From Mobula hypostoma (taxonomy: Eukaryota), in assembly GCF_963921235.1 (NCBI RefSeq), contig NC_086097.1, forward strand, positions 178,314,001 through 178,378,000: 64,000 nucleotides of DNA, read 5' to 3'. A program made the position numbers and the translations under genes. Shown one piece after another: positions 1 through 10,225 of the stretch. The notes beneath the pieces were generated by a model, which saw nothing but the letters and a program-made list of their open reading frames with translations, was not told where the DNA came from and searched no databases. Positions within the stretch are counted from its first letter, which is position 1. Each line of letters begins with the position of its first letter.

Positions 1-94
1 ACAATCTCTTCTCCTACCTCTTTCAGAACTCAGGTGAGAGTCCATCTGGTAAGACGGCTGCACACTTGGATACAGTGGTTTCTATGGGGTCAAG

Positions 95-743
95 CAAGGG
101 ATTTGTTGTCTTTTTTAAACATTTTTTTTATGATTGCAAGACCCTGCTGGACTTCAAGAACTTCAGGTTCTGCAGGTTGACCCCATCAGTGAGTTGCTTG
201 TTGGTGGAGAAACTGAAGGAGCTGGATTTGGTGCGGTTTGTGATGCTGCCTGTGACAGAGAGGAGTCAGGGCGTGAAGGGGTGCAGTCTAACAGCGAGAC
301 TCTGTTGGACATTGGTAGTGTGGAATGTTGCAAGTCTAATTCATTGGTTTATTGGCGAGTGGATGGAGAGGTGCCTGGTCTCGGTCGTAGTGAGGACTAA
401 GCCTCAAGATGTCTGATTGCAGCTGCCCGGGGGAGGTGTCAACGTTGGCTGCTCTGCCAGAGTGCCAGAGGTGGTTTGCTGCAGCATCCATGCTCGAGGC
501 AGTGCTGTGCCCCAGACAAGCTGTATTGTGTTCAACTGCAGGATGGCTGCAACATTCACGCACTCAGGGACTTGGACTATATTGTTTGTGTGATTGTATT
601 TTACTGCTGTCTTATGTGTGCCTTGTGCTGTGTGTGACTGTTAGTACTGTGTTTTGCAACTTGGTCCTGGATTAACACTGTTTCGTTTGGCTCTATTCAT
701 GGGTATTCATGTATGGCTCAATGATAATTAAACTTGAACTTGA
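95..743 (+). mobile_element. Unclassified interspersed repeat ending in a non-LTR-type 3' tail (AATGATAATTAAACTTGAACTTGA)
   Basis: T/G-rich 3' UTR-like stretch ending in a polyA-signal-like motif plus (CTTGAA)2. A similar 3' end occurs on the minus strand, split around the Tc1 (57438-57465 + 59791-59862). The 5' boundary is uncertain. Confidence 0.5.
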
Positions 744-744
744 G

Positions 745-1128
745 TACCTGGTCCAGGAGACGAATCTACCTTCAGACCTTTCAGTTTCCCAAGCACCTGC
801 TCCTAGCAACTACACTCACTTCTGCCCCTGACACACTTGAACTTCTGGAGTACTGCTAGTGTCTGTCACATTGATGACCGACACAAACTACTTCAGTGGT
901 TCAAATTTACTTAATATGCTGGTCCACCATCTCTTTGTCCCCAATACAACCTCTCCAGCCTCATTTTCCAGTGATCTAATATTCACTCTCGCCTCTCTTT
1001 TACTCTTAATATATATGAAAAACTTCTCATATCTTATATGATCGGCTAGCTTATTTCATCTTTTCTCCCCTTGTGGCTTTTTAGTTGCCTTCTTTTGGTT
1101 CTTAAAAGCTTCCCAATCATCTAACTTG
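745..1128 (-). mobile_element. CR1 LINE ORF2 fragment (endonuclease-RT linker), decayed
   Basis: Reverse complement aligns by eye with the CR1 linker at ~5020-5260 (gggaagctttt..aaccaa..aaggcaactaaaaagc..gctagcc..agagtaaaagagag..gacaaaga). Confidence 0.8.
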
Positions 1129-1147
1129 AGCCTTTGAGTTCCTCTAT

Positions 1148-1324
1148 TAAGATGCTTGAGGAACGCAGCGGACCAGGCAGCATCTGTGGAAAAGAGTAAA
1201 CTAATGTTTTGGGCGAAGATCCTTCATTCAGTCTCTTTTCCATAGATGCCGCCTGGCCAGCTGAATTCCTCCAGTTTTCATTGTGTGTTGCTTTGGAATT
1301 CCAGCAATTGCAGATTTTCTCATA
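1148..1324. mobile_element. Palindromic Penelope-like terminal fragment with perfect 15-bp TSD
   Basis: Inverted arms gaggaacgcagcggaccaggcagcatctgtggaaaagag / ctcttttccatagatgccgcctggccagctgaattcctc. TTTGAGTTCCTCTAT is duplicated at 1133-1147 and 1325-1339. Same family as 58062, 61623 and 62105; the hammerhead core is decayed. Confidence 0.75.
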
Positions 1325-1514
1325 TTTGAGTTCCTCTATCACTTTATATTGCAACATCTGCAGTCGCTTATGTTCCCGTCAAACCAGTCTCATTCTCTGT
1401 TTGGTCATGTCTCTTTGAAGAGATAATTAAAATGGATCTTGTTGAATGGGGAGTTAGCTCTGGAATAGGCAACTCTGGCTCTTGGTTCTTTGGACGGCAA
1501 GTCACCAGTTAGAG

Positions 1515-1668
1515 CACCTAGTACAGAGTTAGGAAGTTATTTGTAGTTACCAAAGATATTGATGAGGCCATATTTTGAATATTCTGTTCCGTTTTTGTCA
1601 GCCTGGTATAGGAAAGATGCCTTTAAGCTGGAAAAAGTGCAGATCAGATTAATGAGGATTGTTGCCTG
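1515..1668 (+). mobile_element. Short old CR1 ORF2 (post-RT) fragment
   Basis: Degenerate match to the LVRPHLEYCVQFWSP..RKD..LEKVQ region seen in other CR1 copies here. Confidence 0.65.
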
Positions 1669-1847
1669 CCCAACCTCTCCCTATAATCCAGTCCCCGGAA
1701 TCATGGAAACATCCTCGTAAATCTTACCATTAGACCTAATCCCAAGTTATGTCTCTCTCACCTCCCTGTTCTCCTGCCACCCAACCATAAGCGGGGGTTG
1801 GGGGGGGGGCGGATTTTAACCAACCGACATAAGATGAGAGGAAATTG

Positions 1848-2232
1848 GAACAGTACATTGAACACAGAACAGTAGAGTACAATATAGGCTCTTCAGCCAA
1901 CCTTTTAACCTGCTCCAAGTTTGATCTCACCCTTCCCTTCCACATAGCACTCCACTTCTCTTTCATCCCTGTGACTATTTTAAGAGTCTCTTAAATGTCC
2001 CTAATGTATCTGTCTCTACCACTATCTCTGGCAGCGTGTTCCATGCACCCTACTCTCTGTGTAAAAATCCTACCTCTGACTTCTACCCGATACTTCCCTC
2101 CAGTCACCTTAAAATTATGCCCCCTTGTATAAGCCATTTCCGCTCTGGGAACAAATTTTTGGGTGTCCACTCTGTCTATGCCTCTTTTAATCTTGTACAC
2201 CTCTGTCAAGTCACCTCTCATCCTTCAGCACC
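1848..2232 (-). mobile_element. CR1 LINE 3' end (ORF2 C-terminus, 3' UTR, tail)
   Basis: ORF 1991..2221 (RGDLTEVYKIKRGIDRVD..TRGHNFKV..FTQRV) is the CR1 ORF2 C-terminus; a TTCTATG/GTTC-type tail lies near 1848-1880. Confidence 0.85.
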
Positions 2233-5200
2233 TTTGGGGGGGATCCCACATCGTCAGGAGTTCCTGCCTTTTAATGACACCGATGTCCTTGTGGATTAAA
2301 GCAGAATCTAAACTATCCATCAAGAAAAGGAGTACAAAACAATTCTTTTCCTTCCTTTCAACAGCTCAGGAGGGAGACTGATGCAGACAGAGCTGTAATC
2401 CCCAAAGAATTCTGTGCAGTAGAACAATATAAATATTAAACTATATGAATCCCTCTGTAACTGAATCAACTCTGTGTAGATTAAACACTGCAAAGTACTG
2501 TAGAGTTTTAATGCTGTGAAGACTCTGTAATGAAATCTCCCTGTTTTTAACAGCTCTGAGGAATTGTATTTGCAGACTCCACCCCTTCCAACCTAGTTCA
2601 TAACAGTCATGGTCCAAACCCCTTCCTCCGTACTGTCCTCCTAGTCTTTACACTTCAAAAGCAGCTTCTGTTTCCAGTCCCAGGGGGATTGCCCCGTTGA
2701 TCTTACACCTGGTATCTCAGCGTAAGCTTCCTAGTTGGGACATTGTCACCTTGCATGAAGCTCCCCACCTTCCCCCAACCCCTTAGTGGGCTGCAGTCAG
2801 TATGAGAGATAGTTCGTCAGTGATGCAGCATGAGGTTTAAAAACAGCTTTGTTTCTTTGGGCTCTTTTTGGCAGTCTGTAATCAGCAGGGGCCAATAAAA
2901 AGAAGGGAGGTGTAAGCAGAGCAGCCATTATGTGAGTGGGCCAGTGTTAGAGTGGTCAGGCTTTAACTCAACAGACTTGGATGCGAATAGGCTTAACCAA
3001 GCACAGGCGAAAGTTCTAAGAAAGTAAACCAGTTTCCAGGAAGATTTCTTTCTCTATTAATACTTTGCTAGTGTGCTGAGAACTGGTTTGGGGATAGAGG
3101 TATGGTGTGTGAGATGTGGAAACTCTGGGAGACCTCCAGTCTCCCTGATCACTATACCTGTGTGAAGTGCACTGAGCTGCAGCTCCTTAGAGACTGCATT
3201 AAGGAACGGGAGCTGCAGCTCCGTGACCGTAGGCTCATACAGGAGAATGAGGAGCTGATAGATAGAAGTTACACAGAGGTAGTCACCCCTAATCTGCAGG
3301 ATACAGGTGGCTGGGTGACTGTCAGGTGAGGGAAAGGAAATAGGCAGCCAGTGCAGTGTAGCCCTGTGGCTGTTCTCCTCAATAATAAATACTGCTTTGG
3401 ATACTTTTGGGGTGAGACAACCTAACAGGGGAAGCCTCGGAGAGCAGGTCTCTGGCACTGAATCTGGCTCTGTGGCTCAGCAGAAAAGAGGAGTGCAGTA
3501 GTGAGAGGGGATCCCATAGTAAGAGGAACAAACAACAGATCCTGTGGTCGTGAAAGAGACACAGAGATGGTACGTTTTCTCCCAGGTGCCAGGGTCAGGG
3601 ACTGGGTCCACAGCATTCTAAAGGGGGAGTGTGAACAGTCAGAAGTCGTGGTACACATTGGTACTGCCGACGTAAGTAGGAAATGGGAGGAGGACCTGAA
3701 GACAGAATATAGGGAGTTAGGCAGCAAGACCTCCAAGGTAGTAATCTCTGGATTGGTGCCTGTGCCATGTGCCAGTGAGGGTAACAATTGGATTATATGG
3801 CAGATGAATCTGTGGCTGAAAAATTAGTGCAGGGGGCAGGGTTTCAAATTTATGGATCATTGATATCTCTTCTAGGGAATGTATCAGCTGTATAAAAAGG
3901 ATGGGTTACACCTGAACCTGAGGGGGGCCAATATCCTTGTGGGCAGGTTTACTGAGCTGTTGGGGAGGGTTTAAACTGATTTGGCAGGGGGATGGGAATC
4001 GGAGAGATGGGGTCAAGGATGGGTCCGTGGCGTACAAGTTGATGCAGTGTGTAGTAAGATTGTGAGGAAGGACAGGCAGACGACAGGGAAGAATTACAGT
4101 CAAGGGGATGAGTTAAAGCATAACATGGGGCCAACATTGAAAAAGGTGATGAATACAGGACTGAGGGTATTACATTTGAATGCATGCAGTATATGGAATA
4201 AGGTAAATGGTCTTGTAGTGCAGTTGGAGATTTGCACGTATGATGTTGGGGGCCTCTGAGTCATGACTAGAAGCAGATTATAGTTGGGAGGTTAATGTCT
4301 AAGGATACATATTGTATCGAAAGGACAGGCAGGTAGGCAGAGGGCAGAGTGGGGTGGGGTGGGGTGGTGCTGTTGGTAAAAAATGAAATCAGATTCTTAG
4401 AAAGAGATGACATACGGTCAGAAGATGTAGAATCTTTGTGGGTAGAGTTAAGAAACTGTTACAAAGCTACAAATTACAACGGGAGATAGAAAAGGAATGT
4501 GAACAGGGTAATGTTGCAGTAATCAATATGCAGATAGATTAGGAAAATCATTTTGGTGATGGATCCCAAGAGAAAGCCTACGAGATGGCTCTCTAGAACA
4601 GCTTCTGGTTGAGTCCACTATGGGAATGGCAATTCTGCATTAGGTATTATGTAATGAATGAAGTTTGATTAGGGAGCTTAAGGCAAGGGAACCCTGCGGA
4701 GAGTGATTATAATATGAGAAAGAGAAGTTTAAAATCAGGTGTATCAGTATTATAGTGCAGTAAAGGGAATTACAGAGGCATGAGAGAGTAACTGATTGAA
4801 GTTGATTGGAAGGGAACACTAGCAGGGGTGATGACAGAACAGCAGTGGCTGGTATTTCTGGAGGAAGTTCAAAAGGGGCAGGAAAGATACACTCCAAAGG
4901 TGAAGAGGTATTCTAAAGGGAGGATAAGGCAAATGTGGCTGTCAAGAGAAGTGAAAGATAGCATAAATTCAAAGTCAAAAGAATGGAATATAGCAAAAAG
5001 TAGTGGGATGCTAAAGTATTGGGAAGCTTTTCAAAACCAACAGAAAGCAACTAAAAAGCTATAAAGGGAGAAGAGATGAAATATGAAGATAAGCTAGCCT
5101 GTAATATAAAAGAGGATAAAATATTTTTTCAGATAGAAATACAGAGTAAAAGAGAGATGAGAGTGGATATCAGACTGCTGAAAATGACACTGGAGAGATA

Positions 5201-5545
5201 GTAATGGGGGACAAAGAAATGGCGGACAAACATAATAAGTATTTTGCTTCGATCCTCACTGTGGAATAATTGATGGCTTTCTGGCCAAGTTTACAGATGG
5301 TACGAGGATAAGAAGAGGGGCAAGTAGTGTTGAGCACGCAGGGAGTCTGCAGAATGACAATGTTCGCATTCATTTCGATAAGACTAAAACAGTGGTCCCC
5401 AACCACCAGGCCGCAAAGCATGTGCTACCGGGCAGTGAGGAAACGATATGATTTGGCGATAGGAGTCAGCTGCACCTTTCCTCATTCCCTGTCACGCCCA
5501 CTGTTGAACTTGAATGCACGCGAGGTCACTACCCACACGTCATCC

Positions 5546-5863
5546 ATGTCAGCGCGGGAAGAAGATCAACTCCTCGAGCTTGCAAATGACGGTGGGCTGA
5601 AAAGTATGTTTGACATAACATCTCTGCCGGCATTCTGGATCAAAGTCAAGGCTAAATATCCTGAGATAGCCACGAAAGCACTGAAAACGTTGCTTCCATT
5701 TCCAACATATCTCTGTGAAGCGGAGTTTTCTGCAATGAATGCAACGAAAACTAAATTGCGGAATAAACTGGACATAAGGAACCCCCTTCGAGTATCGCTG
5801 TCTCCCATCACCCCTCGATAGGACCGTCTTGTTGAAGGAAAACAAGCCCGGGGCTCCCACTGA
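5546..5863 (+). pseudogene. hAT transposase C-terminal dimerisation-domain remnant
   Basis: FWIKVKAKYPEIATKALKTLLPFPTYLCEAEFSAMNATKTKLRNKLD..LRVSLSPITPR*DRLVEGKQARGSH*, with an internal TAG at 5819-5821. Confidence 0.9.
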
Positions 5864-6156
5864 TTCAGCGATATTGGTGCGTTGCAATGATTTTATATGT
5901 TCATACGGGGAAAATATGTGCTGTGTGTTTAATATCCAAATGTTACTTAAAATGTTATGATGCTATTGACTTATAAGTGACTTATAATTGACTTATCACT
6001 ATATTCATGCGAGGAAAATATGCGCTGTTTGTTTAATATTAAATTCGTTAGATAAACCCTTTTAGAAATGAAATTGAGTTTATTAGCCACTTATAAGTGA
6101 CTTATAGTTGACTTATCACCTATATTCCGTTCGTGATTAACACCCCACCTCCCCCC

Positions 6157-6652
6157 CAGGGTTGCCAACTGTCCCGTATTTGCCGGGACATCCCATATAT
6201 TGGGCTAAATTGGTTTGGTTTGTCCCATACTGGACTGCCCTTCTCCCGTATTTCTCCCATTAAGGTAGAACATTCCTATGAAACCTTTCATGACGAAATG
6301 GTGTAAAGAAAAGAAGCAATTACCATTAATTTATATGGGAAAAATTTTTGATCATTCCCAGATCCAAAAAATAACCTACCAAATCATACCAGATAACACA
6401 TAAAACCTAAAATAACACTAACATTTAGTAAAAGCAGGATTGATGTGATAAATACACAGCCTATATAAAGTAGAAATAATGTATGTATAGTGTAGTTTCA
6501 CTGAACAGAATCGCCAAAAACGATTTGTAGAAAAAAATCGGCACGTCACGCATGCGCACACAGGTGCCTGCGCAAGGCTTCATGGTCATGGTAGTCTTTC
6601 TTGGGGCAAACACAACGTATCTGACTGTTACTCTTGTCCGTTGGCGACCCTA
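6157..6652. mobile_element. MITE nested in the Charlie element (hAT Blackjack/Tip100-like TIRs)
   Basis: TIRs CAGGGTTGCCAAC (6157) and GTTGGCGACCCTA (6640-6652), 11/13. Subterminal GTCCC(G/A) motifs. Inserted in a poly-C tract, so the TSD is ambiguous. Confidence 0.65.
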
Positions 6653-7199
6653 CCACCCCCCCCCCGCACCCGGTCGGCCGGTCTGCAAGAATATTGTCAA
6701 TACTATACCGGTCCATGGTGCAAAGAAGGTTGGGGACCCCTGGACTAAAATATAAAAGCAAGGATGTAATGTTGAGGCTTTATTAGGCACTGGTCAGACT
6801 GCATTTGGAGTATTGTGAGCAGCTTTGGGCCCTTTATCTAAGAAAAGATGTGCTGGCATTGGAGAGAGCACAGAGGAGATTCATGAGAATGATTTCAGGA
6901 ATGAAAGAGTTAATGTACAAGGAGCATTTGATGGGTGTGGGCCTGTACATGCTGGCATTTAGAAGAAAGGGGGGGGATCTAACTGAAACCTATCGAATAT
7001 TGAAAGGCCTAGATAGAGTTGATGTAGAGAGGATGTTTTCAATAATGGGGGAGTCTAGGACCAGAGGACACTGACTCAGAGTTGAGGGGCCTCCATTTAG
7101 AACAGAGATGAGGAAATATTTCTTTAGCCTGATGGTGGTGAATCTATGGAATTCATTGCCACAGACAGTTGTGCAGGCCAAATCATTGGGTACATTCCA

Positions 7200-10100
7200 G
7201 CGGTCCAATCAGCGGCAGGAGCAGGCCACAGCGATGAGGTTTCTCGCAGGTCAGCAACGCTTGTTTAAATGTATTGAAGGGATAAGCAGGGTGGCCATTG
7301 TTGGGAGCAGGCCAGTGGTGAGAGTAGGAGTGTCAGGTTTTGATTCAAAGGAGGCCTCGGTTCAAAAGAGGTATTGGCACTGGGGAAGTTTCTGTTCAGG
7401 TTCCTTTTTTTCTCTCACTGTACCTAGTGTCGAAAATGGCTGTTGTGTGATCTTCATGCTGGATGTGGGAGTCCTGGGAGACCCAGAGTCTTCCAGGGAA
7501 CTACATCTGGGTGAAGTGCATCCAGCTGCAACTCCTTGAAGAGACTGGAGCAGCAGAGGAATGAAGAGATAATCGATCAGAGTTGCAGGGAGGTAGTCAC
7601 CCCAAAGTTGCAGGGGGCGAGTAGCTGGGTGACTGTCAGGAGAAACGGAAATGTGAATAGGCAGTTAGCACAGAGCACTCCTATAGACATACCTTTCGAT
7701 AGTAAGTGTACCGTTTTGGATACTGTTGTCGGGGATGACCTCCCAGGGGAATGCCATGGAGACCAGGTTACTGGCACTGAGCATGGGTCTGTGGTGCAGG
7801 AGGGAAAGAGGGAGAAGAGGGGAGAGGTAGTGATAGGGGACTCAATAGTCAGGGGAACAGACAGGAGATTCTGTGGATGTGAACAGGACACCCAAATAGT
7901 ATGTTGCTTCTCAGGTGTCAGGGTCAAGGATGTCTTCGATCACATTCATAGTATTTTGGAGAGGGAGGGAGAGCAGCCAGATGTTTTGGTACATTTATAC
8001 CAATGACAGAGGAAGGAAAAGCAAAGGGGTTCCTGAAAAGAGAATTTAGAAAGCTAGGTAGAAAGCTGAGAAGCAGGACCTTCAGGGTGGTAATTTCCTG
8101 GCAACTGAGGGATAGGAAGGTAGGCAGAGGGGGTGGCATGGCTACCTGTGCCGCATGCCAGTGAGAATAAAAACAGGATGATTTGACAGATTAATGCGTG
8201 GTTGAGATGATGATGCAGGGGGCAGGGCTTTGGGTTCTTGGATCACTGGGATCTCTTCTGGGGGAGGTGTGACCTGTTCAAAAGTGATGGGTTGCACCTG
8301 AACTTGAGTGGAACCAATATTCTTGCGGGAAGGTTTGTTAGAGTTGTTGGGGAGAGTTTAAACTAATTCGGCAGGGGGTTGGGAACCAGAGTGAAGGGAC
8401 TCAGGATAGGACTGCAGAAGGGTTTCAGCCTGAAATGTCGACTGTACTTTTTTCCATGGATGCTGCCTGGCCTACTGAGTTCCTCCAGCATTTTGTGTGT
8501 GTTGTCAAGTATCATGTTGTGGCCATCGCTGAATCGTGGCTGAAGGATGGTTTTAGTTGGGAGCTGAATGTCCAAGGTTACGCATTGTATCTGAGGGATA
8601 GGAAGGTAGGCAGAGGGGGTGGTGTGGCTCTGCTGGTAAAGAATAGCATCAAATCAATAGAAATGTGACATAGATTAAGAAACTGCAAGGGTAAAAGGAC
8701 CCTGATGGCAGTTATATGTAGGCCTCCCAACAGTAGCTGGGATATGGACCATAGATTACAACAGGAAATAAAAAAAGTGTATCAAAAGGGCAATGTTATG
8801 ATAGTCATGGGAGATTCCAACATGCACGTCGATTGGGAAAATTAGGTTGGTTATAGATCTGAAGAGAGTGACTGTTGAATGCCTACGAGATAGCTTTTTA
8901 GAGCAGTTTGTTGTTAAGCCTACTAGGGGATCAGCGATACTGGATTGGGTGTTATGTAATAAACAAGAGGTATTAGGGAGCTTAAGGTAAAAGAACCCAA
9001 GGGAGGCATGATCACAATATGATTGAGTTCTACCTGAAATTTGATAGGGAGAAAGTAAAGTCTGACATAGGAGTATTTCTGTGGAGCAAAGGAAATTACA
9101 GTGGTGTGAGAGAGGAGCTGGCCAAAGTAAATTGGAAGGAGATGCTGGCAGGGATGACAGCAGAGCAGCAATGGTGTGAGTTTCTGGTAAAAATGAGGAA
9201 AGTGCAGGATAGATGTATTCCAAAAAAAGAACAAATACTCAAATGACAAAATAGTACAACCATAGCTAACAAGGGAAGTCAAAGCTAATGTAAAAGCAAA
9301 AGAAAGGGCATACAACAAAGCAAAAATTAGTATGAAGACAGAGGATTGGGATGCTTTTAAAAACCTACAGAGAGAAACTAAAGGAATCATTTGGAGGAAA
9401 AAGATGAAATATGAAAGCAAGCTAGCAAACAATATCAAAGTGGATAGTAAAAGTGACTGGAGGTGTCCCACAGGGGTCAGTGTTGGGGCCGCTTATTTTT
9501 ATGCTGTATATAAATAATTTAGATGATGGAATAAATAGAGGACTTTGTTGCCAAGTTTTCAGATGATACGAAGATTGGTGAAGGGGGAGGTAATGTTGAG
9601 GAAATGGGTAGGCTGCAGAGGGACAGACAGATTAGGAGAATGGGCAAGAAAGCGACAAATGCAATACAATGTTGGAAACTGCATGGTCATGCTCTTTGGT
9701 AGAAGAAATAAATGTGCAGAATATTTTCTAAATGGGGAGAAAATCCAAAAATCTGAGATGTAAAGGGACTTGGGAGTCCTTGTACACAACAACCTAAAGT
9801 TTAACTTGCAGGTTAAGTCCGTGGAGAGGAAGGCAAACGCAATGTTAGCATTCATTTCAAGAGGCCCAGAATACAAGAGCAGAGATGTGATGCTGAGGCT
9901 TTATAAGGTACAGGTTAGGCCTCAGCTTGAATACTGTGAACAGTTTTGGGCTCCTCATCTAAAAAAAGATGTATTGGCATTGCAGAGGGTTCAGAGAAGG
10001 TTCACAAGGATGATTTCAGGAATGAAAGAGTTATCATATGAGGAGAGTTTGAAAGCTTTGGGTCTGTACTCGCTGGAGTTTAGGTGGATGGGGGGTTGGG

Positions 10101-10225
10101 GGAGATCTTATTGACACCTTTCAAACGTTGAACAGCCAAGATTTAGAAGGGTTCTAAGGAAGAGTTTTTTCACCCACTGTGGTTAGAATCTGGAATATAC
10201 CGCCTGAGGAGGTGGTAAGACAGAG
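7200..10225 (+). mobile_element. Second decayed CR1 LINE (or composite): 5' UTR, ORF1 esterase, ORF2 APE, RT C-half, running into the satellite
   Basis: VVIGDSIVRGTDRRFCG (GDS esterase motif), VVAIAESWL..GRGGGVAL (APE), GVPQGSVLGP / KFSDDTKIG (RT), KANAMLAFISRG..RPQLEYCEQFWAP. The RT N-half is deleted near 9452 and the ORF1/ORF2 junction is replaced by a Penelope-like fragment. Confidence 0.88.
8410..8505 (+). mobile_element. Penelope-like terminal fragment with degenerate hammerhead motif
   Basis: ctgcagaagggtttcagcctgaaatgtcgactg..gatgctgcctggcctactgagttcctccagcattttgtgtgtgttg matches the 58249-58348 family. Confidence 0.7.

Larger units (their letters stand above)
5390..6742 (+). mobile_element. 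Non-autonomous hAT (Charlie/Buster group; Charlie3/MER1-like) DNA transposon
   Basis: 15-bp TIRs CAGTGGTCCCCAACC / GGTTGGGGACCCCTG (14/15). Perfect 8-bp TSD GACTAAAA (5382-5389, 6743-6750) with central TA. Contains a transposase C-terminal remnant. Confidence 0.93.
2880..7195 (+). mobile_element. Decayed near-full-length CR1 LINE (5' UTR, ORF1 zinc-finger/esterase, ORF2 APE + partial RT), interrupted by a hAT element at 5390-6742
   Basis: ORF1: CEMW..DHYTCVKCTELQLL and GDPIVRG..LPGARVRD..VVVHIGT (SGNH esterase-like). ORF2 start: LRVLHLNACSIWNKV (APE). Post-RT motif EYCEQLWA..RKDVLALERAQRRF..TRGH resumes after 6750. Many stops and frameshifts, with internal deletions near 5265 and 5355. Confidence 0.9.

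Noticed and set aside
2225..2345. Possible minus-strand exon (LDSALIHKDIGVIKRQELLTMWDPPQRC*) after a pyrimidine tract + AG
   Set aside because: Short, no recognisable homology, runs into a CR1 fragment, and has no partner exons.
5327..5821. 164-aa ORF as a host ZBED/FAM200-like gene
   Set aside because: Chimeric reading across CR1, the TIR and the transposase remnant. It is bounded by TIRs and a TSD and has a premature stop, so it is a transposon relic.
8410..8445. Functional hammerhead at this copy (also at ~1200-1232 and ~62205-62240)
   Set aside because: The catalytic CUGANGA box and/or GAAA is mutated, so these are recorded only as decayed homologues.
3057..9876. Antisense ORFs over the CR1 copies (e.g. 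3057..3458, 7577..7927, 8923..9471)
   Set aside because: They are shadows of decayed CR1 ORF1/ORF2 on the opposite strand and have no independent motifs.
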